Sequence record: NZ_CP082221.1
Direction: 5' to 3' (one strand)
DNA: 64,000 bases
Origin: a plasmid
Within the stretch, counting starts at the first letter, position 1, and each line of letters begins with the position of its first letter. Of the stretch, positions 27,482 through 38,193 are shown piece by piece. The position numbers were made by a program, and so were the translations under genes. Below the pieces are notes generated by a model that saw nothing but the letters and a program-made list of their open reading frames with translations, was not told the DNA's origin and did no database searches.

Positions 27482-28106
27482 ATATCTTTTTTTATTACCA
27501 ATTTTAGCGATTTCATTTAACTCTAATTCCAAAGATTTAGGGGTTAATGGAGCTGTATATAAAATTCAAGAGCCGGATGCATTAGAGCAAATTTATACGA
27601 AATTAAAGGCTCTTGAGAAAACCGGTGAGTTAAAGCGGAAACAGCAAGAAGCTGTTTCACGTGCCATGAACTCTGCTAAAAACCCAAAACCAGTTGAAAA
27701 TATTTCTACTGTTACAGTAAAGAAGGTCAGGTTATTTGACCCAACCATGCACTTATCTAATGACATAAAAACTGATGAAGGGGTTGTGGTTGCTAGAGCA
27801 GGAACAAGTGTAAATCCATTGGATACCGTGACCATGACTAAAACACTAGTTCTTTTTAAAGGCTCAGATCCAGAACAAGTACAAGCGGTAAAAAAATTAA
27901 CTGAATTGTATAAAAATCGAATTACTCCAATTTTAGTAGATGGCTCTTGGTTCGATTTGACTAGAGCTTGGAAACGTCAAGTCTACTTTGACCAGTACGG
28001 TTATATCTCAAAGCGATTACAAATTACATCTGTACCATCGATTGTTAGACAAAATGGAAAAATGCTTGAGATTAGTGAAGTCCCAGCTAAGGAGTTAGTG
28101 AAATGA
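27468..28106 (+). CDS. traW: TraW-like
   Basis: signal peptide MKFSKYLFLLPILAISFNS, synteny. Confidence 0.65.
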   Translation: MKFSKYLFLLPILAISFNSNSKDLGVNGAVYKIQEPDALEQIYTKLKALEKTGELKRKQQEAVSRAMNSAKNPKPVENISTVTVKKVRLFDPTMHLSNDIKTDEGVVVARAGTSVNPLDTVTMTKTLVLFKGSDPEQVQAVKKLTELYKNRITPILVDGSWFDLTRAWKRQVYFDQYGYISKRLQITSVPSIVRQNGKMLEISEVPAKELVK

Positions 28107-29146
28107 AGAAATTTTTTACTATTTTATTCCTTTTAATTTTCACTAATTTAAGCTTCGCCGCTGACTCTGGATCAAATAATAATGGATCTAAAAGCTTACG
28201 TTGCCCAGGCGAATTTGCTAATCCAATTAGCGATATCTGTTGGTCTTGCATTTTTCCTATCAGCATGGGAGGAATGCCATTGTGGAAAGGTGGACAAGAA
28301 GATAATAGTAATCCATCGCAATTGTTCTGTAGTTGTGCGATCCCAAGAATCTATCTAGGAATTCAAACAGGTTTTTGGGAGCCAGTAAGACGAGTAGATG
28401 TAACTCGTACTCCTTATTGTATGGTTTCATTAGGAACTGAATTGGACGTAGGTGTAGAAGCACCGGAAGGTGAAGTACGTTTGCATGATGACAACAATAG
28501 GCACTCATTTTATCAAGCGCACTGGTATACAGATCCAATCATGATGTGGTTAGAAGTGATCTATGAGCATCCATGTACTGAAACTGGATACTTTGATATC
28601 GGATATATGACTGAGTTGGATCCGATGTGGAATGATGATGAGTTGTCTGCAATTTTATCTCCAGAAGCAGCCTTATTCACAAACCCACTTACACAAGCTG
28701 CATGTGCAGGGGATTGCGTATTAGCATCAGCAGGTTTTGGTTCAAATGGTCTGTTCTGGTGTGCTGGATGTAATGGTTCAATTTATCCATTAAATGGGAA
28801 CGTTGGCGCACATGTTAGTCATATTCAAGCTTCATCACTAATTGCACAACGATTAGCAGCAAAAATGCATCGTCAGTTCCTAACTTGGGGAACCAATGGA
28901 GAAGCTGGATTGTGTGGCGTTTATCCGCAACCAATTATGGATAAAACAGCATATAAATATCAGATGCTCTATCCAGTGGCACAAACTAAAAAAATTAATG
29001 GTAAATGCTGCCAGCCATTCGGCAGAACGACAAGTGTATGGGGTGCCGGGAAATCATGGCCGGTAACTGGCGAACATTTCTCCTATGAATTATTCAGAAA
29101 GAAAAATTGCTGTTTGGGCCCTATTTCACCGTTCTATGTGTATTAA
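28103..29146 (+). CDS. traU: TraU
   Basis: 347 aa, signal peptide, Cys/Trp-rich conserved TraU pattern. Confidence 0.8.
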   Translation: MKKFFTILFLLIFTNLSFAADSGSNNNGSKSLRCPGEFANPISDICWSCIFPISMGGMPLWKGGQEDNSNPSQLFCSCAIPRIYLGIQTGFWEPVRRVDVTRTPYCMVSLGTELDVGVEAPEGEVRLHDDNNRHSFYQAHWYTDPIMMWLEVIYEHPCTETGYFDIGYMTELDPMWNDDELSAILSPEAALFTNPLTQAACAGDCVLASAGFGSNGLFWCAGCNGSIYPLNGNVGAHVSHIQASSLIAQRLAAKMHRQFLTWGTNGEAGLCGVYPQPIMDKTAYKYQMLYPVAQTKKINGKCCQPFGRTTSVWGAGKSWPVTGEHFSYELFRKKNCCLGPISPFYVY

Positions 29147-29160
29147 AAGGAGTAACTAGA

Positions 29161-29868
29161 ATGAAAAAATTAATCCTAGCATCAATTTGTTTGTTGTCTT
29201 GCAATGTACACAGTGCAGATTTTCCTAGCGAACAAGAAATTAAAAAGGAAATGGATAAAGTAAAAAATCAGACTTTCAAAAAGTCTGATTGGGAAATGGC
29301 TCAAGAAAAAGCAAGAAAGCAAATTGAAATTTTAAAAAGTGTTGAGGCACGTCCTAACAACTTTCCAAATATTAATGTTCAAAAACCAAATGGTATAAAT
29401 CTTGATGACATTGCAGCAAGATATAAACGTAAAGCAGAAAATAAGAAAAATGTTGATGGTATTTTAGCTTTTGCAAGCTTATCTATGCCCAAAGATGCTT
29501 TAAACAAACTAGTGACAGATGTTACTAAGGCTGGTGGCGTAGTTGTCTTTAGAGGTTTTAAAGACGGTAACTACATGGAAATGGCGAAAGCCATATCCCA
29601 GATAGGCGTTAAATCAGCCAATATTCAAATTAACCCTAACGCGTTTAAACAATACCGGGTTGATTCAGTACCGGCTATAGTTTTAGTAAAACCACGGGCA
29701 GAAGAAAATCTAGATGAAGAAGGCTGTGTATTACCCGAAAATCATAGCAAAATTACGGGTGATATAAGTCTTGAATATGCCTTAGAACAAATGGAGAAAA
29801 AAGAAACGGCTGAACTGAGTCACATCGCAAAGAGATATCTGACCTTTTTAAAAGGAGCTAATCAATGA
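29161..29868 (+). CDS. trbC: TrbC-like
   Basis: signal peptide MKKLILASICLL, synteny after traU. Confidence 0.6.
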   Translation: MKKLILASICLLSCNVHSADFPSEQEIKKEMDKVKNQTFKKSDWEMAQEKARKQIEILKSVEARPNNFPNINVQKPNGINLDDIAARYKRKAENKKNVDGILAFASLSMPKDALNKLVTDVTKAGGVVVFRGFKDGNYMEMAKAISQIGVKSANIQINPNAFKQYRVDSVPAIVLVKPRAEENLDEEGCVLPENHSKITGDISLEYALEQMEKKETAELSHIAKRYLTFLKGANQ

Positions 29869-31922
29869 TTAAGAAACATCATGTATTAGCAACAATATTG
29901 AGTTTTGCATGTATGTCAAGCGTCATACATGCAAAAACAGCAGAAGAGGAAGGGAGAGATTTTGGCCAAAATTCTATTGAGTCCACATCCTCTTTAGTAA
30001 ATTCTCAAAATGGTCAGAATACAGTACCTAATTTTTCAACTAACGCACCTGAATCCGCCTATTATCAAAATGGAATGGGAAACGTTAATAGTATTGGAAA
30101 CCAGAAAGTTACGAACTGCCAAAACCAAAATATGAGTGGAAGCAATCAACTTAACTTGGAATGTGAGGCTATTAATTTAGTTAATAAAAGTGCTACATCT
30201 AGACCAATTTATGAAATTGATCCAAAAAAAGATCCCCTAGTAAAAGACTCTAAGGAAACGATAAAGGTATCTGGTGAAAGTGCTACACAAGCAAGCATTG
30301 AAGGTTCTACAAATCAGTTTTGCTTCAATAAAGAATTCGATGTTAAACCAGTTTTTGAAAATAAACAGTGCTCAGTATTTTCAACTAGTTCTACAGAAAG
30401 CTGCATAAACAAAATTCTCTTTACTGATTGTATTTCTCCAATAAAAGACATGATTTGTGGAGAAGATGGAAGCGGAATTGATCATACTACTTTAAAAGTG
30501 ACTAAGCCATTTCATAATTCAACAATCACAATGGAAAATGGCTTTTTAAAAATTGGCCTATTTGGAACTGATGGTTCTACTGGAGTACATGCTGCCGAAT
30601 ATAGTTTTGAAGTTAAGAATCTGGAATCTTTGGCTGAATTTCGCCTCACTGATTTTATGAATAACGACGGTTCAAGACTTTATATCAATGGTAAAGAAGC
30701 ATGGAGTTTTAATTGGGGGGGCGCTCATTGTTGCTCAGGAACAACGAATGTGGATCTAAAACCATTCCTCAAAGAAGGCATTAATACAGTTAGACTTGAA
30801 AACTGGAATGCACGCACAGATTGGTGGACAAGTGTAAATATTAAAACAAGAATTGCGTGCGCATGTAAAAAACAGAAGGTTAATGGTTGTTATGATAAAT
30901 ACAACCCGACTATTAAACCATGCAAAGAGATAAAATCAGAATGCAAAAAAACAATCGATGGCGAATGTGTTTATGAAGAAAAACAATTCATGTGTGCGGA
31001 AAAAACTAATGTATCTGATTGTCAAAACTTAATAGATGCTGGTTGTTCTCAAATTAAAAGTGTTTGTTCATCCAAAGACTCAGCAGGTAATTGCTTAACT
31101 TATAGTCAAACATATCAATGCAAAACTTCAGAAGCACGAAAAGAAAATCGAAGAGTATGTGTAGAGGCTAAATGTACTGACGGTAAATGCTATCAAGAAT
31201 CTTCAGAACCGGATAAAGATTTTGGTCAAGCAATTGCAATGATGGAAGCTACGCGAGAAGCGGGCGTGTATGGCGAAAAAGATTCTACAGGTTCCTTGAG
31301 AGTATTCAATGGAGAAGGGGGAACATGTACTGTAAAGCTATTAGCTGGTCATAACATCATGAGCTGTTGTAAAGAAATAAAAGTTGACGTTTCTAAAGCT
31401 TCAAACAATGCAACTGGAAGTAAGCAAACTCAAGCTATGGGTAATAACCCGGAACAAGCAGCTCAGCAAACAGAAGGCTCAACTTATCAATATGATGATT
31501 TATATAACGATGATTCAATGATGAAAAACCTTCAGGGAGATCTGACTGGTGGATGGCTTCAATGTAACGAAGAAGAACGGGACTTGGCCGTAAAACGTGG
31601 CGGTAGTTTATGTACTCATGCGCGGACATGGTGCTCATCAAAAACCATTTTTGGTTGTACTGAAGAGAGTCGTTCCTATTGCTGTTTCAAAAGTATCTTG
31701 GCAAAGATAATTAACCGAGAGGGCAGAAAACAGCTTGGTCTTTCATTAGAAACTTGTGAAGGAATTACTGTTGAGCAATTGCAAAAATTAGATTTCTCTA
31801 AAATTGATATGACTGAATTTCAAAACTCAGTAGTGCCAAAAAACGTTGATTTGGGAGATAAAGCAGAAAAGATTAGAGAACGGGTAAATAAGCAAGCCGT
31901 CGGAGGTTATTACAGTGAATAA
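29865..31922 (+). CDS. traN: TraN (mating pair stabilization)
   Basis: 685 aa, signal peptide, many conserved Cys. Confidence 0.8.
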   Translation: MIKKHHVLATILSFACMSSVIHAKTAEEEGRDFGQNSIESTSSLVNSQNGQNTVPNFSTNAPESAYYQNGMGNVNSIGNQKVTNCQNQNMSGSNQLNLECEAINLVNKSATSRPIYEIDPKKDPLVKDSKETIKVSGESATQASIEGSTNQFCFNKEFDVKPVFENKQCSVFSTSSTESCINKILFTDCISPIKDMICGEDGSGIDHTTLKVTKPFHNSTITMENGFLKIGLFGTDGSTGVHAAEYSFEVKNLESLAEFRLTDFMNNDGSRLYINGKEAWSFNWGGAHCCSGTTNVDLKPFLKEGINTVRLENWNARTDWWTSVNIKTRIACACKKQKVNGCYDKYNPTIKPCKEIKSECKKTIDGECVYEEKQFMCAEKTNVSDCQNLIDAGCSQIKSVCSSKDSAGNCLTYSQTYQCKTSEARKENRRVCVEAKCTDGKCYQESSEPDKDFGQAIAMMEATREAGVYGEKDSTGSLRVFNGEGGTCTVKLLAGHNIMSCCKEIKVDVSKASNNATGSKQTQAMGNNPEQAAQQTEGSTYQYDDLYNDDSMMKNLQGDLTGGWLQCNEEERDLAVKRGGSLCTHARTWCSSKTIFGCTEESRSYCCFKSILAKIINREGRKQLGLSLETCEGITVEQLQKLDFSKIDMTEFQNSVVPKNVDLGDKAEKIRERVNKQAVGGYYSE

Positions 31923-32727
31923 ATTAATCTTAGCTTCAATGGTTGTATTTAGTGGGCTAACTCAGCTAACAAAAGCCAATAATGTATTGGATTATGACTC
32001 TGTTTGGAATTGTGATCGAACTAAAGTCAACTGGTATTGTAATAAGCCAAAAGAAGAAACGCCGGTTCAGGAAGTAAAAAAGGAAACTCCTAAACAAGCT
32101 CCTTTATTTGATCCTATTACTGATTTAAATAAATTAAAGACTGCGACTGAACTTCGAGCTGAGTTAAAAAAACGAGAAGATATAGCAGTCATGTATCCGA
32201 CAGAACAGAACATCAAAAATTATCTTGATGCATGGCATCTTGTACAAAACAAAGCAACTGTATTTACAGACCAATGGAGACGAGTAGTTTATCAGAATCC
32301 AGACTATGATTATTCATTAAGAAACCCATCTAATAATGCAGCGATTAAAGTTCAAGCACAGGCAAAGCAAACGCAAATTGATGGATATCTTAAGAACTTA
32401 AGTAAAGAACAAGGATTGATATTCTTCTTCAGATCAGATTGTCCGTACTGTCATCAAATGGCTCCAATACTTAAACAATTATCACAAATGTATGGTTTTG
32501 AAGTGCTTGGCGTTAGTGTTGATGGAGCTGGATTACCTGACTTTCCAAATCCTGTAGATGGCCGTGCAGTGGTACAAAAATGGGGTATTGAAAAAGTACC
32601 CGCTACCTTTATTGCATCTAAAAAAACTAAAGATCACGCACCGATCGGATTTGGTGTAATGTCTTTAAATGAAGTCATAGAAAGAATTTGGGTACTTACA
32701 AATACCCAACCAGGTCAAGATTTTTAA
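31915..32727 (+). CDS. traF: TraF/TrbB-family thioredoxin-fold protein
   Basis: signal peptide, DCPYCHQ motif. Confidence 0.7.
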   Translation: MNKLILASMVVFSGLTQLTKANNVLDYDSVWNCDRTKVNWYCNKPKEETPVQEVKKETPKQAPLFDPITDLNKLKTATELRAELKKREDIAVMYPTEQNIKNYLDAWHLVQNKATVFTDQWRRVVYQNPDYDYSLRNPSNNAAIKVQAQAKQTQIDGYLKNLSKEQGLIFFFRSDCPYCHQMAPILKQLSQMYGFEVLGVSVDGAGLPDFPNPVDGRAVVQKWGIEKVPATFIASKKTKDHAPIGFGVMSLNEVIERIWVLTNTQPGQDF

Positions 32728-32761
32728 ACTTAATTAGAGCCGAAGGGCTTATGGTGTCTCT

Positions 32762-33091
32762 ATGAAAGCAAAATTAATAGTAATTTCCTTATCTTTGATT
32801 TGTTCTGGCCCTATGTTCGCTGGCTCAAACTCAATGCAAGATGTTTTTTTGAAGATTAATAGTGAAAGAGAAACAGCTCATTCACTTCAGAAAAATAGAT
32901 TAATCAAAGTTGAATCTGGCCGTTTTTGTAATGAACATAAAGAATTAACATCTAGTAAAACTAAGATTGCGGATCCGCAACATTTACATTCTAGTTCATT
33001 AAACGAAAGGAGCAGAAAACTTAAAAAACCAGAATTAAGTGGTACTAAAACCTCTGATGAGAATTGCGATAAACCAATTCAAGTATCTTAA
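32762..33091 (+). CDS. small secreted protein, hypothetical
   Basis: signal peptide; palindrome encodes ADPQ; module gagccgaagggcttatggtg upstream. Confidence 0.4.
   Translation: MKAKLIVISLSLICSGPMFAGSNSMQDVFLKINSERETAHSLQKNRLIKVESGRFCNEHKELTSSKTKIADPQHLHSSSLNERSRKLKKPELSGTKTSDENCDKPIQVS
32967..32982. repeat. palindrome family member
   Basis: attgcggatccgcaac inside ORF 32762-33091. Confidence 0.8.
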
Positions 33092-33124
33092 TAATAAAGG
33101 AGCCTCACGGCTTAAGGTGATGTT

Positions 33125-34552
33125 ATGAAAATTAAAGCATTAATTATAGGTGTTCTATTTGGTATTACGGTTTCTGCAAATGCCGATCCAGCCTCAATGC
33201 AAGAAGTTTTTGACCAAATAAATGCGCGTGGAAATGTTACTCAGCCAACCGCAATCCAGGGCCAGACTATGAATTATATGACAGGTGGGAGTTTGTTTAT
33301 GCGAACTCCCAACACCACATATAATCTAGCTGCTATTACCCCTCCTTCAGCTAATGCTGGTTGTGGCGGCATTGACTTGTATATGGGTGGCTTCAGCTTT
33401 GTAAATAAAGAACAATTTGTAGCCATGCTAAAAAATATCGGCTCAAATGCATTGGGATATGGCTTTAAATTAGCTTTACAAAATTTATGTCCGACTTGCG
33501 ATAACGTTCTGCAAGCTCTTCAATCTGCCTCTCAACAAATTAATAGAATGAACATTGATTCGTGTGAGGCAGCGAAAGGGATTGTTAATGCAGCAACTTC
33601 TACTGTTGCATTGCGTGGACGCGAACAATCTTCAATGAATTTTGGAACAATAAAAAATATCTTCAGTGATATGACAGAAGCATGGACCAAGAATAAGGGA
33701 AATTCACAACAAACAAATCAAACTTTAGATAATTTATCTAATCAAGATCCAAATATGAAAAATCATATACCGGATGGTAACTTGACTTGGAAAGCATTAT
33801 CAAAAATTTCAGCATTACCTACAGACCAAAAATACTTAATCATGGCAATGGTGGGTACAGTAGTTATAACTGAAGATCCAACCAATGGAACGCCTAAAAT
33901 AGTCGCTTATCCGCGAAGAATCGATAATATTTCTACACTCATTGGTACTAGTGCAAGTTCACAAGCACAATTTCCAGTTTGGCGTTGTGTCGATGGTACA
34001 CGTGAAGATGAATGTACATCTCTTGTTCAAGACAACTTAACAACTAATGAAACATTCTATTCGCTAGTAGATGAAAAGATGAGATTACTAGCGGATGCTA
34101 TTTCGCAACGTCGCCCAATTACTGATGCTGGTGGAATCATTCAATTCATCAATTTAACAGATATTCCGATCTATAAAATCATAGCACTGAATACTCGATA
34201 TGGTGGTGATAGTACTGCTGCAATGATGGCCTTAGACCAGTACAAAGAACTGATAGCAGCAAAATATGCTCTTGCGTACTTTGAAATAACTTCAAAGATG
34301 GTTGAAGCTGCTTTAGGCAATATTATTGCTGGAACGGCTGATGCTGTAACTGCTCAAGAAGTTACTAAGATTAGAGAAACCTTAGATAAAACAAGAGCAG
34401 ACTTGAACCAAAGCACGCAAGTTGCTTACGCACGTTCCAATGTCTCATTTAATATCGCCCAGGAAGTTCAGCATATGGAGCGAACTTTACATTCAAATTT
34501 AGCTCCAGCTTTAAGACAGTCAATTGTCTTCGCTAACACATTAGATAAATAA
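33125..34552 (+). CDS. traH: TraH
   Basis: 475 aa, signal peptide, synteny. Confidence 0.8.
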   Translation: MKIKALIIGVLFGITVSANADPASMQEVFDQINARGNVTQPTAIQGQTMNYMTGGSLFMRTPNTTYNLAAITPPSANAGCGGIDLYMGGFSFVNKEQFVAMLKNIGSNALGYGFKLALQNLCPTCDNVLQALQSASQQINRMNIDSCEAAKGIVNAATSTVALRGREQSSMNFGTIKNIFSDMTEAWTKNKGNSQQTNQTLDNLSNQDPNMKNHIPDGNLTWKALSKISALPTDQKYLIMAMVGTVVITEDPTNGTPKIVAYPRRIDNISTLIGTSASSQAQFPVWRCVDGTREDECTSLVQDNLTTNETFYSLVDEKMRLLADAISQRRPITDAGGIIQFINLTDIPIYKIIALNTRYGGDSTAAMMALDQYKELIAAKYALAYFEITSKMVEAALGNIIAGTADAVTAQEVTKIRETLDKTRADLNQSTQVAYARSNVSFNIAQEVQHMERTLHSNLAPALRQSIVFANTLDK

Positions 34553-34567
34553 GTAGGGATAATAATT

Positions 34568-37500
34568 ATGGACTTTACAATTGAAACGTACTGGAACGTT
34601 GAAAGTACCTACTTAATCCTTAATGCTGTTGCATCTCTCATGGGAAGTAGCGACTGGGTAGGGGCTTTAAAATTCATCTTTTTAACTGCGATCATGGCTT
34701 CGCTTTTTGTATTTGCTTTAGATAGAGATTTAGGAAAGTTTGTTAGAAATTTTGGTTGGGCTTACTTTATTGTAGTAATCATTATGGCGCCGGTTAGTTC
34801 AGTGGCCGTAGTTGATAAACTTAAGCAAGAGCCTCCAAAAATTGTGGGTAATGTTCCCTGGCTGTTAGCAATGGGAGCATTCACAACAAATTTCACAACG
34901 GGATGGATAACTAAAGAATATGAAACACTTACTTCCGTACCTAGCAGCCTAAGTTTAACAGGAACTGGTGATATGGGCTTTGGTCAAGCCCTAATAAGAA
35001 ACACAAATAAAATGAGTATCACTAGTCCTAGTTTGCGTGCTGATATTATGCAATATATCAAAGAATGTTCAATTTACGACATGCAAGATGGGGTATTGAA
35101 TGCTGAAGATTTGATGCAGAAAACAGATAGTTGGAACAAGCTATTTTCCAATACAAATCCAGCGCGATTTGTAACTCTGGGTATTTTGAAAGGTGCACCT
35201 GAAACCGTCACATGTGTCGAAGGAGCAACAAGATTAAAGCAACAAGTTAACGATGGTATTGCAGCAGCAATGCGCTATTACGGAAAAAATGCATTTATAG
35301 ATTTTAATGAAGCGACTGCTTTATCTATGTATACAAATGCTGTTGGAACAAGTTATAGCTGGATACTTGGAGCTAATCAAAGTGCTTCTGATGCTGTTAA
35401 ACAAAGTATGTTTAATAACATTATGAAAGATGCAAATACTGAATTACCGGCACTTATTAATGATCAAACTCGTATACAAGAATTAATGGCATCGGCAGGT
35501 GCAGCAGCAGCTTCAGAACAAATGAAAGGTGCAGCCGCAGTTTTATCAAAATTAGCATTTGAAGTCATTCCGATAGTGAGAAATTGGCTAGAAGTTGTTC
35601 TATATGCAACATTCCCAATAGCGGTCATGTTAATAGTTTTAAAACCGAGTACGGCAGTAAATATTTTATCCGGTTACTTTACAAGCTTTTTAACGCTTGG
35701 CCTTTTTCCTCTAATTTTCGCATTAATTAATCATGCTTCAATGCTATATCTAAGACGGAAAGCAGAAGCTCTAGATTTTAGTGAGGGCATTCCCTTTACT
35801 AAAATGGGGGTATTAGACTCCACAGTCGTTGATATTCAAACTGTTATTGGATTATTTGTAATTCTAACTATACCTCTAGCTGCATGGATAGCACGAGGAT
35901 TTTATGGTGATATAGCTGCAATTGGAAATCAAATAGTTGGGCGCTTTACATCAGCAGGTTCGTCGATCGGCAGTTCAATGGCAATGGGTAATATGACATT
36001 GGGTGAAACTAATATTGATTCATCTTCAGTCAACAACACTTCAATGAACAAATATGATAGCAATCTTTCACAAAGCCGAGGTTTAACAACTTTAACAAAT
36101 GAGTATGGAACTAGCCATACACTAACCCCATCTGGAGTTATGAATACTCAAAAGCTTGAAGATACAACAGCGCAATCTCTTCATACAGGCCAATCAATAA
36201 GCAGAAGCAACGAAAACCGATATGGACAGAGTACAGATTCTGTATATGGCGTTGGTGCGACATATGACAAAGCAACCGGTTCAACGAATACAAACTCATA
36301 TAACAGATCTGAAACATATGGCTTAACGGATGAGAGAGGTGTATCTAATTCTTCATTAACAGGAGTTGGAAATTCGAAAGGGTATACGACTGGAACGAAC
36401 CAAAACGAATCAGATACTACACATACGGGTGTTTCATTAAGTAAGACAGATTATACGGCCATGTCTGCCGGAGCAAACGGAAATTTAGGCTTAGGTGGTG
36501 GTGCCGGAAGTGGTGGTGGAGGCTCTGAAGAAAAACGTGTTGCTGGCTCTCCAACTAATCCAGGGAATGTTCAACCTGTATCTAAAGGAGAAGGTGGTAA
36601 AGGTGGTAAAGGTGGTAAAGCTGGAGTTGGTATTCAAGCTGGTGTTGGAGTCTATGCACAAGGTCAGAAAGGTATTAACTGGAGTGGTACACAAGATGAA
36701 GGTCAAAACAGAACTTCAGCAGTTGATGAGTATCGCGGTGTATCTACCGGAGTTAATTATCGTAATGATCTAGAACATAACAAACATGAAAGTCAAAATG
36801 AAACTCACACCTCATCAAATGGTCATGAACGTTCGGCCAGCCTTTATGAAAATAATAGTTATGCAGAAAATAGAAATGCACAATTAAGTTCAAGAAATGA
36901 AGAAGCACGTAGTACTTCTTTTGCAAGCTCTCATTCAATGGAAAGTGGTTATAACTTTGCACAAGATCCTAAGTTTAAAAAAGAAGTTGCTCAACATTTT
37001 GGCCTAGACCAGATTCAATTTAGTAATTTAAGTCCGCAGCAACAAACCCAATACATGCAAGATTATTTAGCTAATGAAACTGCACGAATTAAAGAGACTC
37101 CAAGCACATATGCTGACGGAAAGCCAATTGAATTTAATTTGCCAAGTGACTTTAGATCAAATAAAGGCAATGTGGGAAGCCGAAGTGGGATCAGTGCGGA
37201 TTTTGCTAAAAATTCTAGCAATATTGGTACTGGAATTAAACAAGTGTCAGTGAATACGGGGCCATCTTCAGCAATTAGTGGTGTGAAAAATAGTCTGGAT
37301 GATATTGAAGGTAATATGTCAGTTATTCAGCAGAATCAACATAATAAAACTGAGCACACAAAAGATAGAAACTTTGAGCTTGAAGAAAAAGTAGGAGAAT
37401 GGAAACGTAAAGATATTAAGGACACGATTGATTTTGATCCTATTGGTCATGCGAAAGAAGCATTTACCGAGTTGAAAGAAAAGGTTATGCCAAAAAATGA

Positions 37501-37570
37501 AACCCATATAAACAGTAATGGTGCTTCATTTGGCCAGTGGAACAGAAGAGATATTGACCCAAAAAAGTAA
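34568..37570 (+). CDS. traG: TraG (F-type; pilus assembly/mating pair stabilization)
   Basis: 1000 aa, N-terminal polytopic membrane domain, low-complexity Gly-rich C-terminal region. Confidence 0.85.
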   Translation: MDFTIETYWNVESTYLILNAVASLMGSSDWVGALKFIFLTAIMASLFVFALDRDLGKFVRNFGWAYFIVVIIMAPVSSVAVVDKLKQEPPKIVGNVPWLLAMGAFTTNFTTGWITKEYETLTSVPSSLSLTGTGDMGFGQALIRNTNKMSITSPSLRADIMQYIKECSIYDMQDGVLNAEDLMQKTDSWNKLFSNTNPARFVTLGILKGAPETVTCVEGATRLKQQVNDGIAAAMRYYGKNAFIDFNEATALSMYTNAVGTSYSWILGANQSASDAVKQSMFNNIMKDANTELPALINDQTRIQELMASAGAAAASEQMKGAAAVLSKLAFEVIPIVRNWLEVVLYATFPIAVMLIVLKPSTAVNILSGYFTSFLTLGLFPLIFALINHASMLYLRRKAEALDFSEGIPFTKMGVLDSTVVDIQTVIGLFVILTIPLAAWIARGFYGDIAAIGNQIVGRFTSAGSSIGSSMAMGNMTLGETNIDSSSVNNTSMNKYDSNLSQSRGLTTLTNEYGTSHTLTPSGVMNTQKLEDTTAQSLHTGQSISRSNENRYGQSTDSVYGVGATYDKATGSTNTNSYNRSETYGLTDERGVSNSSLTGVGNSKGYTTGTNQNESDTTHTGVSLSKTDYTAMSAGANGNLGLGGGAGSGGGGSEEKRVAGSPTNPGNVQPVSKGEGGKGGKGGKAGVGIQAGVGVYAQGQKGINWSGTQDEGQNRTSAVDEYRGVSTGVNYRNDLEHNKHESQNETHTSSNGHERSASLYENNSYAENRNAQLSSRNEEARSTSFASSHSMESGYNFAQDPKFKKEVAQHFGLDQIQFSNLSPQQQTQYMQDYLANETARIKETPSTYADGKPIEFNLPSDFRSNKGNVGSRSGISADFAKNSSNIGTGIKQVSVNTGPSSAISGVKNSLDDIEGNMSVIQQNQHNKTEHTKDRNFELEEKVGEWKRKDIKDTIDFDPIGHAKEAFTELKEKVMPKNETHINSNGASFGQWNRRDIDPKK

Positions 37571-37635
37571 AGGACCCCCAACTCTATAGGCAGTATGAAA
37601 AAACAGGAGGATTTCTAATTCAAGCTGCTAGGGAA

Positions 37636-38160
37636 GTGGGGGTGGACCCTCAGAAAGTTATTTTAATTTCGGGTTTAGAGAGCTCGTTCAAAGAAGATGC
37701 TGTATCAGCAACTAAAGCAACCGGCTTAGGCCAATTTGTAGCTGGAACGTTTGCTGAACGAATTGCTAAATCGAGACATCCTGAACTGCGAGCACTAAGA
37801 GGTTTATCTAGAGAAGAGCTACTTGAAAAAAGGAAGGATCCAAGAATTGGAGCACTAGCTTTAGCTGAACATATTAAAGATGCAGAAGACCGTGTTAAAT
37901 CTGCTTTTAAAGCCAATGGTATAAGAGATAACGTAACACTTGCAGATATTTATACAGTCCATAACATTGGTAATCCAAGCATGGCTGTAGCAGCAAGACA
38001 AGGTAAAATGGCTTTAGCCGGTGTATCTGTGAAGGCTATGAGAAACAATGCACAACTTTACGAAAATGGAATTAATACGACGGCAAAACAGTATATGGAA
38101 ACGGTCGATCGAAAGTTTGTTGTTATCGATGCTAAGTTAAGGAACGGAAAGAGAAATTAA
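37636..38160 (+). CDS. SLT-domain lytic transglycosylase-like protein
   Basis: ESSF...GLGQF..T motifs; GTG start; reading frame stays open upstream back to the traG stop; terminator downstream. Confidence 0.5.
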   Translation: MGVDPQKVILISGLESSFKEDAVSATKATGLGQFVAGTFAERIAKSRHPELRALRGLSREELLEKRKDPRIGALALAEHIKDAEDRVKSAFKANGIRDNVTLADIYTVHNIGNPSMAVAARQGKMALAGVSVKAMRNNAQLYENGINTTAKQYMETVDRKFVVIDAKLRNGKRN

Positions 38161-38162
38161 AT

Positions 38163-38193
38163 AAAATGCCCTCAAAATTGAGGGCATTTTTTT
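38163..38193. terminator. bidirectional rho-independent terminator
   Basis: aaaatgccctcaaaattgagggcattttttt. Confidence 0.7.

Noticed and set aside
36491-36962. ORFs 36491-36706 (-), 36495-36773 (+), 36753-36962 (-) inside traG
   Set aside because: They overlap the Gly/Lys-rich repeat region of traG. No SD and no conservation signal, so they are judged spurious.
37650-37916. Antisense ORF within the SLT-domain gene
   Set aside because: Nested opposite a frame with clear SLT motifs.
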